A stretch of DNA of 64,000 nucleotides from an uncultured Christensenella sp. (GTDB taxonomy: Bacteria > Bacillota > Clostridia > Christensenellales > CAG-917): contig CAJTQT010000004.1 of NCBI GenBank assembly GCA_910578325.1, forward strand, positions 60,581 through 124,580, given 5' to 3'. Position numbers and translations under genes: made by a program. How positions within the stretch are numbered: position 1 is the first letter of the stretch; the number at the start of each line of letters is the position of its first letter. Under the pieces are notes generated by a model. It worked only from the letters and a program-made list of their open reading frames with translations, did no database searches and had not been told where the DNA came from. Positions 48,090 to 55,168 of the stretch are shown one piece after another.

Positions 48090-48554
48090 ATGAAAACCAT
48101 ACTGGCATTTTCGGACAGTCACAACTCGCCTTTGCCGCAAAAACTGAAAGATGTTGCGGCGGAATCGGACTTTCTGTTCTTTTTAGGCGACGGCAGCAGC
48201 GGTCTTAAAGACTTGCTGTTGCACAAAAACTTCCACGCCGTGGACGGAAACTGCGACAAACCCGCTTTCGGCAAAGAAGAAATTATCGAAACGGAAGGAC
48301 TGCGGATATTAATAACCCACGGTCACGTATATTCAGTAAAACGCAGTCTGCTGCCTCTGACGCTACGCGCAAAAGAACTGCAATGCGACGTCGTTTTTTA
48401 CGGACATACGCATATAGCCGCAGTCGACGAATGCGACGGAATCACGATGATATGCCCCGGTTCGGTCGCATATTCGTTCAATAAACCGCCGTCTTACGCC
48501 TATGCGGTGGCTCATAATGGAAAAATTACAATCAAAATTGTAAACATAAGTTAA
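48090..48554 (+). CDS. YfcE/MJ0936-family metallophosphoesterase
   Basis: SDSH, GD, GNCD, HGH and GHTH motifs. The rdgB-phosphoesterase pairing matches B. subtilis ysnA-ysnB. Confidence 0.85.
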   Translation: MKTILAFSDSHNSPLPQKLKDVAAESDFLFFLGDGSSGLKDLLLHKNFHAVDGNCDKPAFGKEEIIETEGLRILITHGHVYSVKRSLLPLTLRAKELQCDVVFYGHTHIAAVDECDGITMICPGSVAYSFNKPPSYAYAVAHNGKITIKIVNIS

Positions 48555-48559
48555 ATTTG

Positions 48560-48588
48560 TTGACATCAATATCCGAATATGCTAATAT
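48560..48588 (+). promoter_or_regulatory. near-consensus sigma-A promoter of the tRNA cluster
   Basis: TTGACA, 17 nt, TAATAT, about 60 nt upstream of tRNA-Gly. Confidence 0.6.
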
Positions 48589-48648
48589 TTTCAAGCATCG
48601 AATTGCTCTGATTGTATTCATTGCTTCGGGCGGCGACTCAAATTTGAT

Positions 48649-48722
48649 GCGGGTGTAGTTCAATGGTAGAATCTCAGCCTTCCAAGCTGATTGCGTGGGT
48701 CCGATTCCCATCACCCGCTCCA
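48649..48722 (+). tRNA. tRNA-Gly (anticodon UCC), CCA encoded, atypical T-loop
   Basis: Hand-folded cloverleaf: acceptor GCGGGTG/CACCCGC and anticodon loop CTTCCAA. The T-loop reads TCCGATT (C at position 55 instead of the near-universal U). Confidence 0.85.
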
Positions 48723-48762
48723 TACACTCTCTGAGTGACGCCACAAACTTAAAAGTTTGTTT

Positions 48763-48839
48763 GAGCCTGTAGCTCAGCAGGATAGAGCAACGGCCTTCTA
48801 AGCCGTGTGTCGGGGGTTCGAATCCCTTCAGGCTCGCCA
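48763..48839 (+). tRNA. tRNA-Arg (anticodon UCU), CCA encoded
   Basis: Acceptor GAGCCTG/CAGGCTC, anticodon stem ACGGC/GCCGT, anticodon loop CTTCTAA and T-loop TTCGAAT. Confidence 0.9.
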
Positions 48840-48842
48840 AAC

Positions 48843-48920
48843 GGTGGATATAGCGCAGTTGGTTAGCGCGCCAGGTTGTGGCCCTGGAGGCCGTGGGTTC
48901 GAATCCCACTATTCACCCCA
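48843..48920 (+). tRNA. tRNA-His (anticodon GUG) with encoded G-1, CCA encoded
   Basis: An extra 5' G pairs with C73. Anticodon loop TTGTGGC, T-arm GTGGG TTCGAAT CCCAC. Confidence 0.9.
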
Positions 48921-48963
48921 CAGGCTCAACCCATTGCATCAGCAATGGGTTGGGCACAAAAAT
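48900..48963 (+). repeat. direct repeat copy A (last 21 nt of tRNA-His plus 43 nt of 3' flank)
   Basis: CGAATCCCACTATTCACCCCACAGGCTCAACcCATTGCATCAGCaATGGGTTgGGCACAAAAAT. It matches 49115-49178 at 61 of 64 positions. Confidence 0.9.
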
Positions 48964-49114
48964 TCGAACCTCTGTAAAGGGATTCGAACGGGCGGAAAAG
49001 CAAATAATCCAGTGAATTGTTTGCCCGCCCCGGCGTGATAGCGATGACAGCGTCGAGATATGCAAAACAGATGTTATCCTGTGCCGTATGGGGAATTGCA
49101 ATAGTCAAGCGGAG

Positions 49115-49178
49115 CGAATCCCACTATTCACCCCACAGGCTCAACTCATTGCATCAGCGATGGGTTAGGCACAAAAAT
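49115..49178 (+). repeat. direct repeat copy B (orphan tRNA-His 3' fragment plus flank; att-like scar)
   Basis: Same 64-nt string with three substitutions. The sequence upstream of it cannot form the 5' half of the T-stem, so it is not a functional tRNA. Confidence 0.9.
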
Positions 49179-49246
49179 CAAAAAAAATGCAGTTTGAAAA
49201 TCTTGCCTTTTTGCACTGCAAGTGATATTATAACTGCGAAAGTTAT

Positions 49247-49321
49247 AGGGGTATCGCCAAGCGGTAAGGCATCAGATTTTGATTCTGACATTCGTTGGTT
49301 CAAATCCAGCTACCCCTGCCA
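49247..49321 (+). tRNA. tRNA-Gln (anticodon UUG), CCA encoded
   Basis: Acceptor AGGGGTA/TACCCCT (A1-U72), anticodon loop TTTTGAT and T-loop TTCAAAT. Confidence 0.88.
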
Positions 49322-49323
49322 AT

Positions 49324-49399
49324 GACTCACTAGCTCAGCCGGTAGAGCACCGCACTTTTAATGCGATGGTCCGGAGTTCGAATCTCCGGTGGGTCACCA
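49324..49399 (+). tRNA. tRNA-Lys (anticodon UUU), CCA encoded
   Basis: Acceptor GACTCAC/GTGGGTC (with G-U), anticodon loop CTTTTAA and T-arm CGGAG TTCGAAT CTCCG. Confidence 0.9.
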
Positions 49400-49400
49400 A

Positions 49401-49432
49401 ATACGCCGCAACATTGCGGCGTATTTTGTTTT
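49401..49432 (+). terminator. rho-independent terminator of the tRNA cluster
   Basis: ATACGCCGCA acat TGCGGCGTAT followed by TTTGTTTT. Confidence 0.8.
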
Positions 49433-49499
49433 CGGAGATTGCGCGATATCTCGCGCGCACTCTTCGAGTGAGATATACTAATACTAAAAAATGCGTTTA

Positions 49500-49528
49500 T
49501 TCGCAAGCATACACCGTGCCGCTATTAT
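49500..49528 (+). promoter_or_regulatory. candidate sigma-A promoter for the ABC-F leader
   Basis: TTCGCA, 17 nt, TATTAT. Confidence 0.35.
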
Positions 49529-49568
49529 GCAAACGCGTGATATATTCAAAATAACAAGAGGTGTCGAA

Positions 49569-49589
49569 ATGATAATTCTTTCTTGCTAA
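49569..49589 (+). promoter_or_regulatory. candidate 6-codon leader peptide ORF (MIILSC) of the ABC-F attenuator
   Basis: ATG ATA ATT CTT TCT TGC TAA, preceded by SD AGAGGTG 5 nt upstream. It lies about 110 nt upstream of the intrinsic terminator. Confidence 0.45.
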
Positions 49590-49700
49590 ATTTTAATCGC
49601 GAAAGTCAATGCTGCCGTATTTAGGCATTTCTTCGACTTTTGCAATTGCAGGAAAGGAAATCGATAATTCAATTATAAAAGCAGACACGTTTAAAAACGA

Positions 49701-49730
49701 GTTATGAGATGACTTTCTCATAACTTTTTT
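49701..49730 (+). terminator. intrinsic terminator inside the ABC-F 5' leader (attenuator)
   Basis: GTTATGAGA tgactt TCTCATAAC followed by TTTTTT, ending 5 nt before SD AAGGAGG and 19 nt before the ATG at 49750. Confidence 0.7.
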
Positions 49731-49749
49731 AATTTAAGGAGGTAATACT

Positions 49750-51228
49750 ATGGCAATGATAAAAGTAGAAAACTTAACTTTTTCCTATCCGTCGCAAGAC
49801 GACCTCATTTTCGACAATGTAAATTTTGCGATAGATACAAACTGGAAACTCGGCTTCGTAGGCAGAAACGGAAGAGGCAAAACAACATTTTTAAATCTGT
49901 TGCAAGGAAAATACGAATACAGCGGCAAAATCACGTCCTCGATACAATTCGACTATTTTCCGTATCAGGTGAACGACAAATCTAAATTTACATATGAAAT
50001 ATTGCAAGAAGTATGCCCCACCGCCGACGACTGGGAGTTTATTCGCGAATTTTCACGTCTGGATCTGGACTGTGAAGTTTTATACCGCTCTTTCGACACA
50101 CTTTCTAACGGCGAACAAACTAAAGCATTACTCTCTGCACTGTTTTTAAACGACGGGCACTTTCTTCTTATCGACGAACCTACAAATCATCTGGATTCAA
50201 ATGCAAGAAAGTCCGTCGCCGGGTATCTCGACAAAAAGAAAGGATTTATTCTCGTATCCCACGACAGAAGTTTTTTAGACGGATGCGTAGACCATATACT
50301 GTCTATAAATAAGGCGGATATAGAAGTTCAAAGCGGGAATTTTTCATCGTATATGACCAACTTCGAAAGACAGCAGAATTTCGAATGCAAACAAAAAGAA
50401 AAACTTTCTTCCGACATAAAGCGGTTGCAAAACGCGTCCCGACAGGCATCCGACTGGGCAAACAGCGTAGAGGCTACGAAATTCGGAACAAGCAATTCCG
50501 GCTCTAAGCCGGACAGAGGTTATATCGGACACAAATCCGCCAAAATGATGAAACGGGCAAAGGCAGTAGAGGCACGGCAACAAAGCGCGATCGAACAAAA
50601 ATCTGCCTTGCTTAAAAACTTCGAAAACACAGAATCTTTAAAAATAAGTCCGCTTGCATATCGATCCGAAACGCTTGTGCGATTCTCTTCCGCGGCACCG
50701 AGTTATAACGGCAACGCCGTATGCGAACCTGTCACTTTCGAAATTAAACGCGGGGACAGAATCGCGCTCGACGGTAAAAACGGAAGCGGAAAAAGCAGTA
50801 TACTAAAATTGATTTGCGGGTTATACAATGAACATTTCGGTCAAATCCGTATAGGCTCGAATCTCTCGGTCTCATACGTTCCGCAGGATACGTCGCATCT
50901 TAAAGGAAATCTAAACGGTTTTGCGGCATTACGCGGGATAGACGTAAGCCTGTTTAAAACTATAATTCATAAAATGGGACTGGACAAAAAGCAATTTGAC
51001 AAGGATATATCCGCTTTTTCGGAAGGACAAAAGAAAAAAATTCTTATAGCAGGAAGTCTTTGCGAAAATGCGCATCTTTACGTCTGGGACGAACCTCTTA
51101 ATTTTATCGACGTGTATTCGAGAATCCAAATCGAAAATCTGCTTAATGAATTCAAACCTACTATGATTTTCGTAGAACACGACAAAGCGTTCAGAGACAT
51201 TATCGCCACTCATACGATTACGGTATAA
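49750..51228 (+). CDS. Lsa-family ABC-F ribosomal-protection ATPase (putative lincosamide/streptogramin A/pleuromutilin resistance)
   Basis: Two NBDs (GRNGRGKTT; GKNGSGKSS), two signatures (LSNGEQTK; FSEGQKKK), a roughly 90-aa interdomain linker and no TM domain. The N-terminus ...NWKLGFVGRNGRGKTTFLNLLQ closely resembles Lsa(A) as I recall it. Confidence 0.88.
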   Translation: MAMIKVENLTFSYPSQDDLIFDNVNFAIDTNWKLGFVGRNGRGKTTFLNLLQGKYEYSGKITSSIQFDYFPYQVNDKSKFTYEILQEVCPTADDWEFIREFSRLDLDCEVLYRSFDTLSNGEQTKALLSALFLNDGHFLLIDEPTNHLDSNARKSVAGYLDKKKGFILVSHDRSFLDGCVDHILSINKADIEVQSGNFSSYMTNFERQQNFECKQKEKLSSDIKRLQNASRQASDWANSVEATKFGTSNSGSKPDRGYIGHKSAKMMKRAKAVEARQQSAIEQKSALLKNFENTESLKISPLAYRSETLVRFSSAAPSYNGNAVCEPVTFEIKRGDRIALDGKNGSGKSSILKLICGLYNEHFGQIRIGSNLSVSYVPQDTSHLKGNLNGFAALRGIDVSLFKTIIHKMGLDKKQFDKDISAFSEGQKKKILIAGSLCENAHLYVWDEPLNFIDVYSRIQIENLLNEFKPTMIFVEHDKAFRDIIATHTITV

Positions 51229-51315
51229 ATGCGAACGGAACGCGCATTAACTACCCTATCTTAAACTGGTTGGGGCAAACCTGCACATATGAAATAACAA
51301 TCAGACTTTATAAAA

Positions 51316-52512
51316 TTATTTTATAATGTCTGCAATGGAAATAACGTTTCTTCCGTCAAAGTTCAGTTTAAAAAAAGAGTGTATATTTGCAGAGATTATC
51401 ATTGTTGCCTGCTTGCAAAGATTTCTCTGTTCTTCCGTAAGAGATTGAATTGCCTCGTGCGGCGATTTAAGCAGGATTTCTACATTATTGCTTTCTAAAG
51501 CGTTAACCAAAACTCTGCCCGCCGCATCATTGCATTTCAAAACAACAACTTTACTATGCTGTACTTTGCAGTTTTCGATGAAATGTATAAATCGTTTATT
51601 CGAAATCATATCATTGCACAGTTTTTCGGTAAAATTTAATGCATTCGAAAACTGTTTCAATCTTGTATTTAATTTACCTATGCGTGTCATCAACTCAAAC
51701 TTGTCTGAAAATTGTTTCCTTAGATTTTCAAGTCTGATTTTCTCTTCAAATAAATCATAATTCTTTGAAATTATTCTAAGCGCCTCTGCGCCATATTCAT
51801 AAAACTCTTTTTGATAATGCAAAAAATGCAATCCCCATATATTTCCGGCATCTGCGGTAACGTATTCCGGGAAATCAATAATATGACAACCGCTTAATTT
51901 GTTTTCACATATAGCAAATAAATCAGACACCAGATTATTACACTTCTTACAATATTTAAGTGTACTAGTAAAAGAGCATAGTCCACCGTTTTTGTCAAAG
52001 TATTGCTCGGCGCCGAAATGCTTAAACAATATTATTCTTTTACTATCATAATGATAGAGAAGCATGTCACACATACGTTCTATGACCGATGTCCAAGTTT
52101 CCTTATCTATGTCATCAAACGGCGAAATTTCTTTGTATTTATCCTTTCTGAATTTTTGATTCAGAGTCGGAAACAACTTTTTAGTATAGTTATTCAAGGT
52201 TATAAAATGATTGTCTTTTTTCAAAAGCGAAATCCGAGCATCTAAAATATCAAAAATCAAATAATCTGCTTTATTTGAAAAAACATAATCCAAACATTGC
52301 TTGTTAAAATCAAATTTGGAACACCGTTTTACGAAATTATTTCCTTGTATAATCAAATCTTCATCTTCAATTTCGATTTCAGGCTTTGCCGATAACATAG
52401 AAATAGGACTTGAAAATGAACTATACTGTAAAACCTTAGCCTCATTATTCTCTATCAGAGGCGTAACTATATCCCTTGATACGCAATCGCCAAGAATATT
52501 ATAAAAAATCAT
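51316..52512 (-). CDS. hypothetical protein (398 aa), very AT-rich; possible DUF6270-like N-domain (tentative)
   Basis: ATG 52512 with SD GGGAGG 7 nt upstream. The N-terminus MIFYNILGDCVSRD resembles the GSCVSRD start I associate with DUF6270. The C-terminal roughly 90 aa looks Rossmann-like (VVVLKCNDAAGRVLV). No TM segment. Confidence 0.6.
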   Translation of the reverse strand: MIFYNILGDCVSRDIVTPLIENNEAKVLQYSSFSSPISMLSAKPEIEIEDEDLIIQGNNFVKRCSKFDFNKQCLDYVFSNKADYLIFDILDARISLLKKDNHFITLNNYTKKLFPTLNQKFRKDKYKEISPFDDIDKETWTSVIERMCDMLLYHYDSKRIILFKHFGAEQYFDKNGGLCSFTSTLKYCKKCNNLVSDLFAICENKLSGCHIIDFPEYVTADAGNIWGLHFLHYQKEFYEYGAEALRIISKNYDLFEEKIRLENLRKQFSDKFELMTRIGKLNTRLKQFSNALNFTEKLCNDMISNKRFIHFIENCKVQHSKVVVLKCNDAAGRVLVNALESNNVEILLKSPHEAIQSLTEEQRNLCKQATMIISANIHSFFKLNFDGRNVISIADIIK

Positions 52513-52687
52513 TGTATCGCCTCCCAACAGATAAAATAAAAATAGCATAAATCCGTTTATTTGACAAGTTAAAAATACCTACACTTATTGCTCAACTCAA
52601 TGTTTAACATTTGATATAATGTAATTTATTATACCTGCAATTTTTACTGACGAAACGCTACTTGACATAGGTTTATATACTTCGATA

Positions 52688-52716
52688 TTGACGGGCGCAT
52701 AAGTTTAAACTATAAT
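52688..52716 (+). promoter_or_regulatory. near-consensus sigma-A promoter of the 151-aa orphan gene
   Basis: TTGACG, 17 nt, TATAAT, 35 nt upstream of the ATG at 52752. Confidence 0.55.
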
Positions 52717-52751
52717 TATTCCAATAGGCAAATATTGTTTCGGAGTGCGGT

Positions 52752-53207
52752 ATGACGAAATACAGAATGTATATGACTAAGAAAAATCAAAACTGGACTA
52801 TGGGAGAACGCGAAGCGTTGCTCGTATACCTCGACGGCGAAGACGACGAAATTCTGGAATTCGCAGTTGCGGACAAGGATTTTGCCGTCATACTCAAAAA
52901 CGATTTGACTTACGACGTCAAAGACACAAGACAGGAAGCACTAGATTATATCTCGCATATATACCGCAATTACGTAATCTGCCGCAACACCGACAGTCGC
53001 TGTTACATTGACAGAAACGATACCGAGCGTCGATATCTTACAGCCGCAGAGGCGCAACGCGACGGCGTATACGATTACGTTTATGTGCCTAAGGATAAAT
53101 ATTATATCGCTAAATTCGGAAAGATATTCGCCGTCGGAAACGATGAGAACGAAATGCACGAAAAGATGTACGAGCATTACCGCGCAAAATATACTTTCGC
53201 ATACTGA
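52752..53207 (+). CDS. hypothetical protein (151 aa), no family recognised
   Basis: SD GGAG 6 nt upstream, its own strong promoter and a downstream hairpin terminator. Rich in Y/D/E and cytoplasmic by composition. Confidence 0.6.
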   Translation: MTKYRMYMTKKNQNWTMGEREALLVYLDGEDDEILEFAVADKDFAVILKNDLTYDVKDTRQEALDYISHIYRNYVICRNTDSRCYIDRNDTERRYLTAAEAQRDGVYDYVYVPKDKYYIAKFGKIFAVGNDENEMHEKMYEHYRAKYTFAY

Positions 53208-53300
53208 ACGGTCTAAGTTCAAAACGGCAGTTAAGTCCTAAATCCTACGAAAATCCGATAACGTTCAAATCAAAACAATCCGAAATTTCAAAGCGGAAGC

Positions 53301-53334
53301 AAAAAATCACGCCCGTCATATGACGGGCGTTTAT
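53301..53334. terminator. terminator shared by convergent spoIVA and the 151-aa gene
   Basis: ACGCCCG tcatatga CGGGCGT with AAAAAAT upstream, which gives TTTTTT after the stem on the minus strand. Confidence 0.7.
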
Positions 53335-53378
53335 CGCAGTTCGGCGACGCATCTTCTGCAAACGGTGGTTGAAATTTA

Positions 53379-54857
53379 TCAGAGCAATATACAGATAACT
53401 CCGCCCTTACCCTCGTTGACGATTCTTCCAAGCGTACGGCGCAATTTCTGTTCCGCATCGCCGGGCACGGTGTGAAGTTTATTGTTAATGCCGTCCGCTA
53501 CAAGCGAACTGAGCGTTCTTCCGAATATATTTGTGTCGAGTATAGCCTGTTTGTCATTCTCGAAATCCGCCATCATCGTATCCACGAAGTCTTTACTCTG
53601 CTGCTCGCTCCCGATAAGGGGACTGACTTCGGTTTCAACGTCTACGCGCATAATGTGCAACGACGGCGCGTGCGCTTTGAGTTGAACTCCGTATTGCTGT
53701 CCCTGCCTGAGCAAGGTAGGCTCCTGCAATTCGATTTCGTCCATAGTGGGCAACACGATACCATATCCGAATGCGTCCACCTGCTCCATAGCCGATTGAA
53801 TCTTCTCGATCTTATCTCTTCCGCGGCAAAGTTTTTTAAGTTGAGCGAGCAAATCGAACTCATCGCAAACGTCCACTCCGCATTCCTGACTCGCCACTTT
53901 GTAGAACACTCCGTCCTTAGGCGCGAGTTCAACCTGCACCCTTCCCTTGCCAGCGTCGAGATTGATTGCGGACGGCTCGTTCCAGAACTCGGCCGACTTA
54001 AAGAAAGTGTCGATATGCTCGTAATCTTTCATCTTGCTTACGTCACCGCCGACCTCTCTGACTATATCCGTAAGTTCCTTAACGATTCCGCTGTCAACAG
54101 GAAGCGCGCGCACCCAACGCGGCAAATCGAAGTCGATTATCGTAACCGCAAATTCGAGAAGTATGGTTTCGAGGATTTCGGTTATATCCTTGTCTTCGAG
54201 CGAAACGGCACTCTTTACAAGCACGGGCGCGTCATACTTTGCCGAGAGTTCGTCTTTAAGTCGCAGTGCGCTTTCAGCATTTACGTCAGCAACGTTGAGC
54301 ACGATTGCAAAGGGCTTTCCGCATTCTTTGAGTTCGCGTATGACGCGTTCTTCTGCCTCCACGTATTGTTCGCGCGGAATGTCCGTAAAACTGCCGTCCG
54401 TAGTCACTGCAAGAGCGATTGTGCTGTGTTCTTTTATAACCTTTTGAGTACCTATCTCCGCAGCCTTAGAAAACGGAATCTGTTCCTCCGACCATGGCGT
54501 GGATACCATACGTTCCTTGCCCTCTTCCTCTGCGCCGAGCGCACCCGCGACGAGATAACCAACGCAATCGATTAAGCGCATATTGACCGCAAGGTTCTCA
54601 CTCACGGGCACTTTAACCGCTTCATTGGGAACGAAACGGGGTTGCGTCGTCATAATTGTCTTGCCGTCCGCAGATTGCGGAATTTCATCGATAGCCCTGT
54701 TTCTTTCATCGGGGTTTTCGATGCCGTCCACCACCAGCCTTTGCATCACCTGCTTTATAAGCGTGGACTTGCCCGTGCGCACAGGTCCGACGACTCCCAC
54801 GTAAATGTCGCCGCCAGTACGCGATGCTATGTCGCGATAAAGGTCAAATTTATCCAT
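53379..54857 (-). CDS. spoIVA: stage IV sporulation protein A
   Basis: 492 aa from ATG 54857 (SD GGAGGAG). Walker A GPVRTGKST. Collinear with B. subtilis SpoIVA (DIYVGVVGPVRTGKSTLIK ... INEGKGGVICILL). Confidence 0.95.
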   Translation of the reverse strand: MDKFDLYRDIASRTGGDIYVGVVGPVRTGKSTLIKQVMQRLVVDGIENPDERNRAIDEIPQSADGKTIMTTQPRFVPNEAVKVPVSENLAVNMRLIDCVGYLVAGALGAEEEGKERMVSTPWSEEQIPFSKAAEIGTQKVIKEHSTIALAVTTDGSFTDIPREQYVEAEERVIRELKECGKPFAIVLNVADVNAESALRLKDELSAKYDAPVLVKSAVSLEDKDITEILETILLEFAVTIIDFDLPRWVRALPVDSGIVKELTDIVREVGGDVSKMKDYEHIDTFFKSAEFWNEPSAINLDAGKGRVQVELAPKDGVFYKVASQECGVDVCDEFDLLAQLKKLCRGRDKIEKIQSAMEQVDAFGYGIVLPTMDEIELQEPTLLRQGQQYGVQLKAHAPSLHIMRVDVETEVSPLIGSEQQSKDFVDTMMADFENDKQAILDTNIFGRTLSSLVADGINNKLHTVPGDAEQKLRRTLGRIVNEGKGGVICILL

Positions 54858-54881
54858 AAACTCCTCCAACTTGGTTTGTAA

Positions 54882-54911
54882 AATCTATGTGCGCAAAAAT
54901 GAGGTTATGAC
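54882..54911 (-). promoter_or_regulatory. candidate sigma-E-type promoter of spoIVA
   Basis: Minus strand reads GTCATA, 16 nt, CATAGATT, compared with my recollection of the sigma-E consensus (ATA, 16-18 nt, CATACAnT). It ends about 25 nt upstream of the ATG. Confidence 0.3.
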
Positions 54912-54993
54912 AAACTTGAAATAAAAATCGCAAAAATCGCCTTATTGTTAAAAGGGCTTTAGTCTACTTATATATTTATTACTTATAAAAATA

Positions 54994-55009
54994 TCCACTG
55001 TACAGTGGA
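54994..55009. promoter_or_regulatory. perfect 16-bp palindrome TCCACTGTACAGTGGA upstream of spoIVA (candidate operator)
   Basis: Exact inverted repeat in the AT-rich spoIVA upstream region, followed by GGACAAAC. Confidence 0.3.
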
Positions 55010-55090
55010 CAAACAAAGCATTTAACAAATTTTATAAACTCAATATGTATTATAAAAAACGCGTATTTTGATAATACTTTTAAAAATATT

Positions 55091-55124
55091 AAACGGTCGA
55101 TTTAGACAAATCGACCGTTTTTTG
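55091..55124. terminator. terminator downstream of the aminotransferase gene
   Basis: Perfect 13-bp stem AAACGGTCGATTT agac AAATCGACCGTTT flanked by A/T runs. Confidence 0.75.
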
Positions 55125-55168
55125 AGTTTGATTTTAAAAACACACGTGGTTTTAACGATTTTCGGATA

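Noticed and set aside
48964-49114. Possible extra tRNA or tRNA pseudogene on either strand between the two repeat copies (GATTCGAAC / TTCGAACC strings)
   Set aside because: I could not fold any cloverleaf. The T-loop-like strings lack complementary stems and there is no acceptor pairing. I treat them as debris within the scar.
48532-49325. ORFs 48532..48909 (-), 48805..49038 (+), 48913..49108 (-) and 49017..49325 (+) across the tRNA cluster
   Set aside because: They are translations of tRNA genes and of the duplicated tRNA-His flank. The peptide similarity between 48805.. and 49017.. (HYSPHRLN.LHQ.WV.HKN) merely reflects the 64-bp DNA repeat.
49433-53340. Calling the low-GC islet a mobile element (ICE/prophage remnant)
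   Set aside because: There is no integrase, transposase, relaxase or phage gene, and the att-like repeats do not flank the islet itself. It is reported as an accessory islet only.
53472-54575. 367-aa plus-strand ORF opposite spoIVA
   Set aside because: It is an antisense shadow of spoIVA in the aligned frame.
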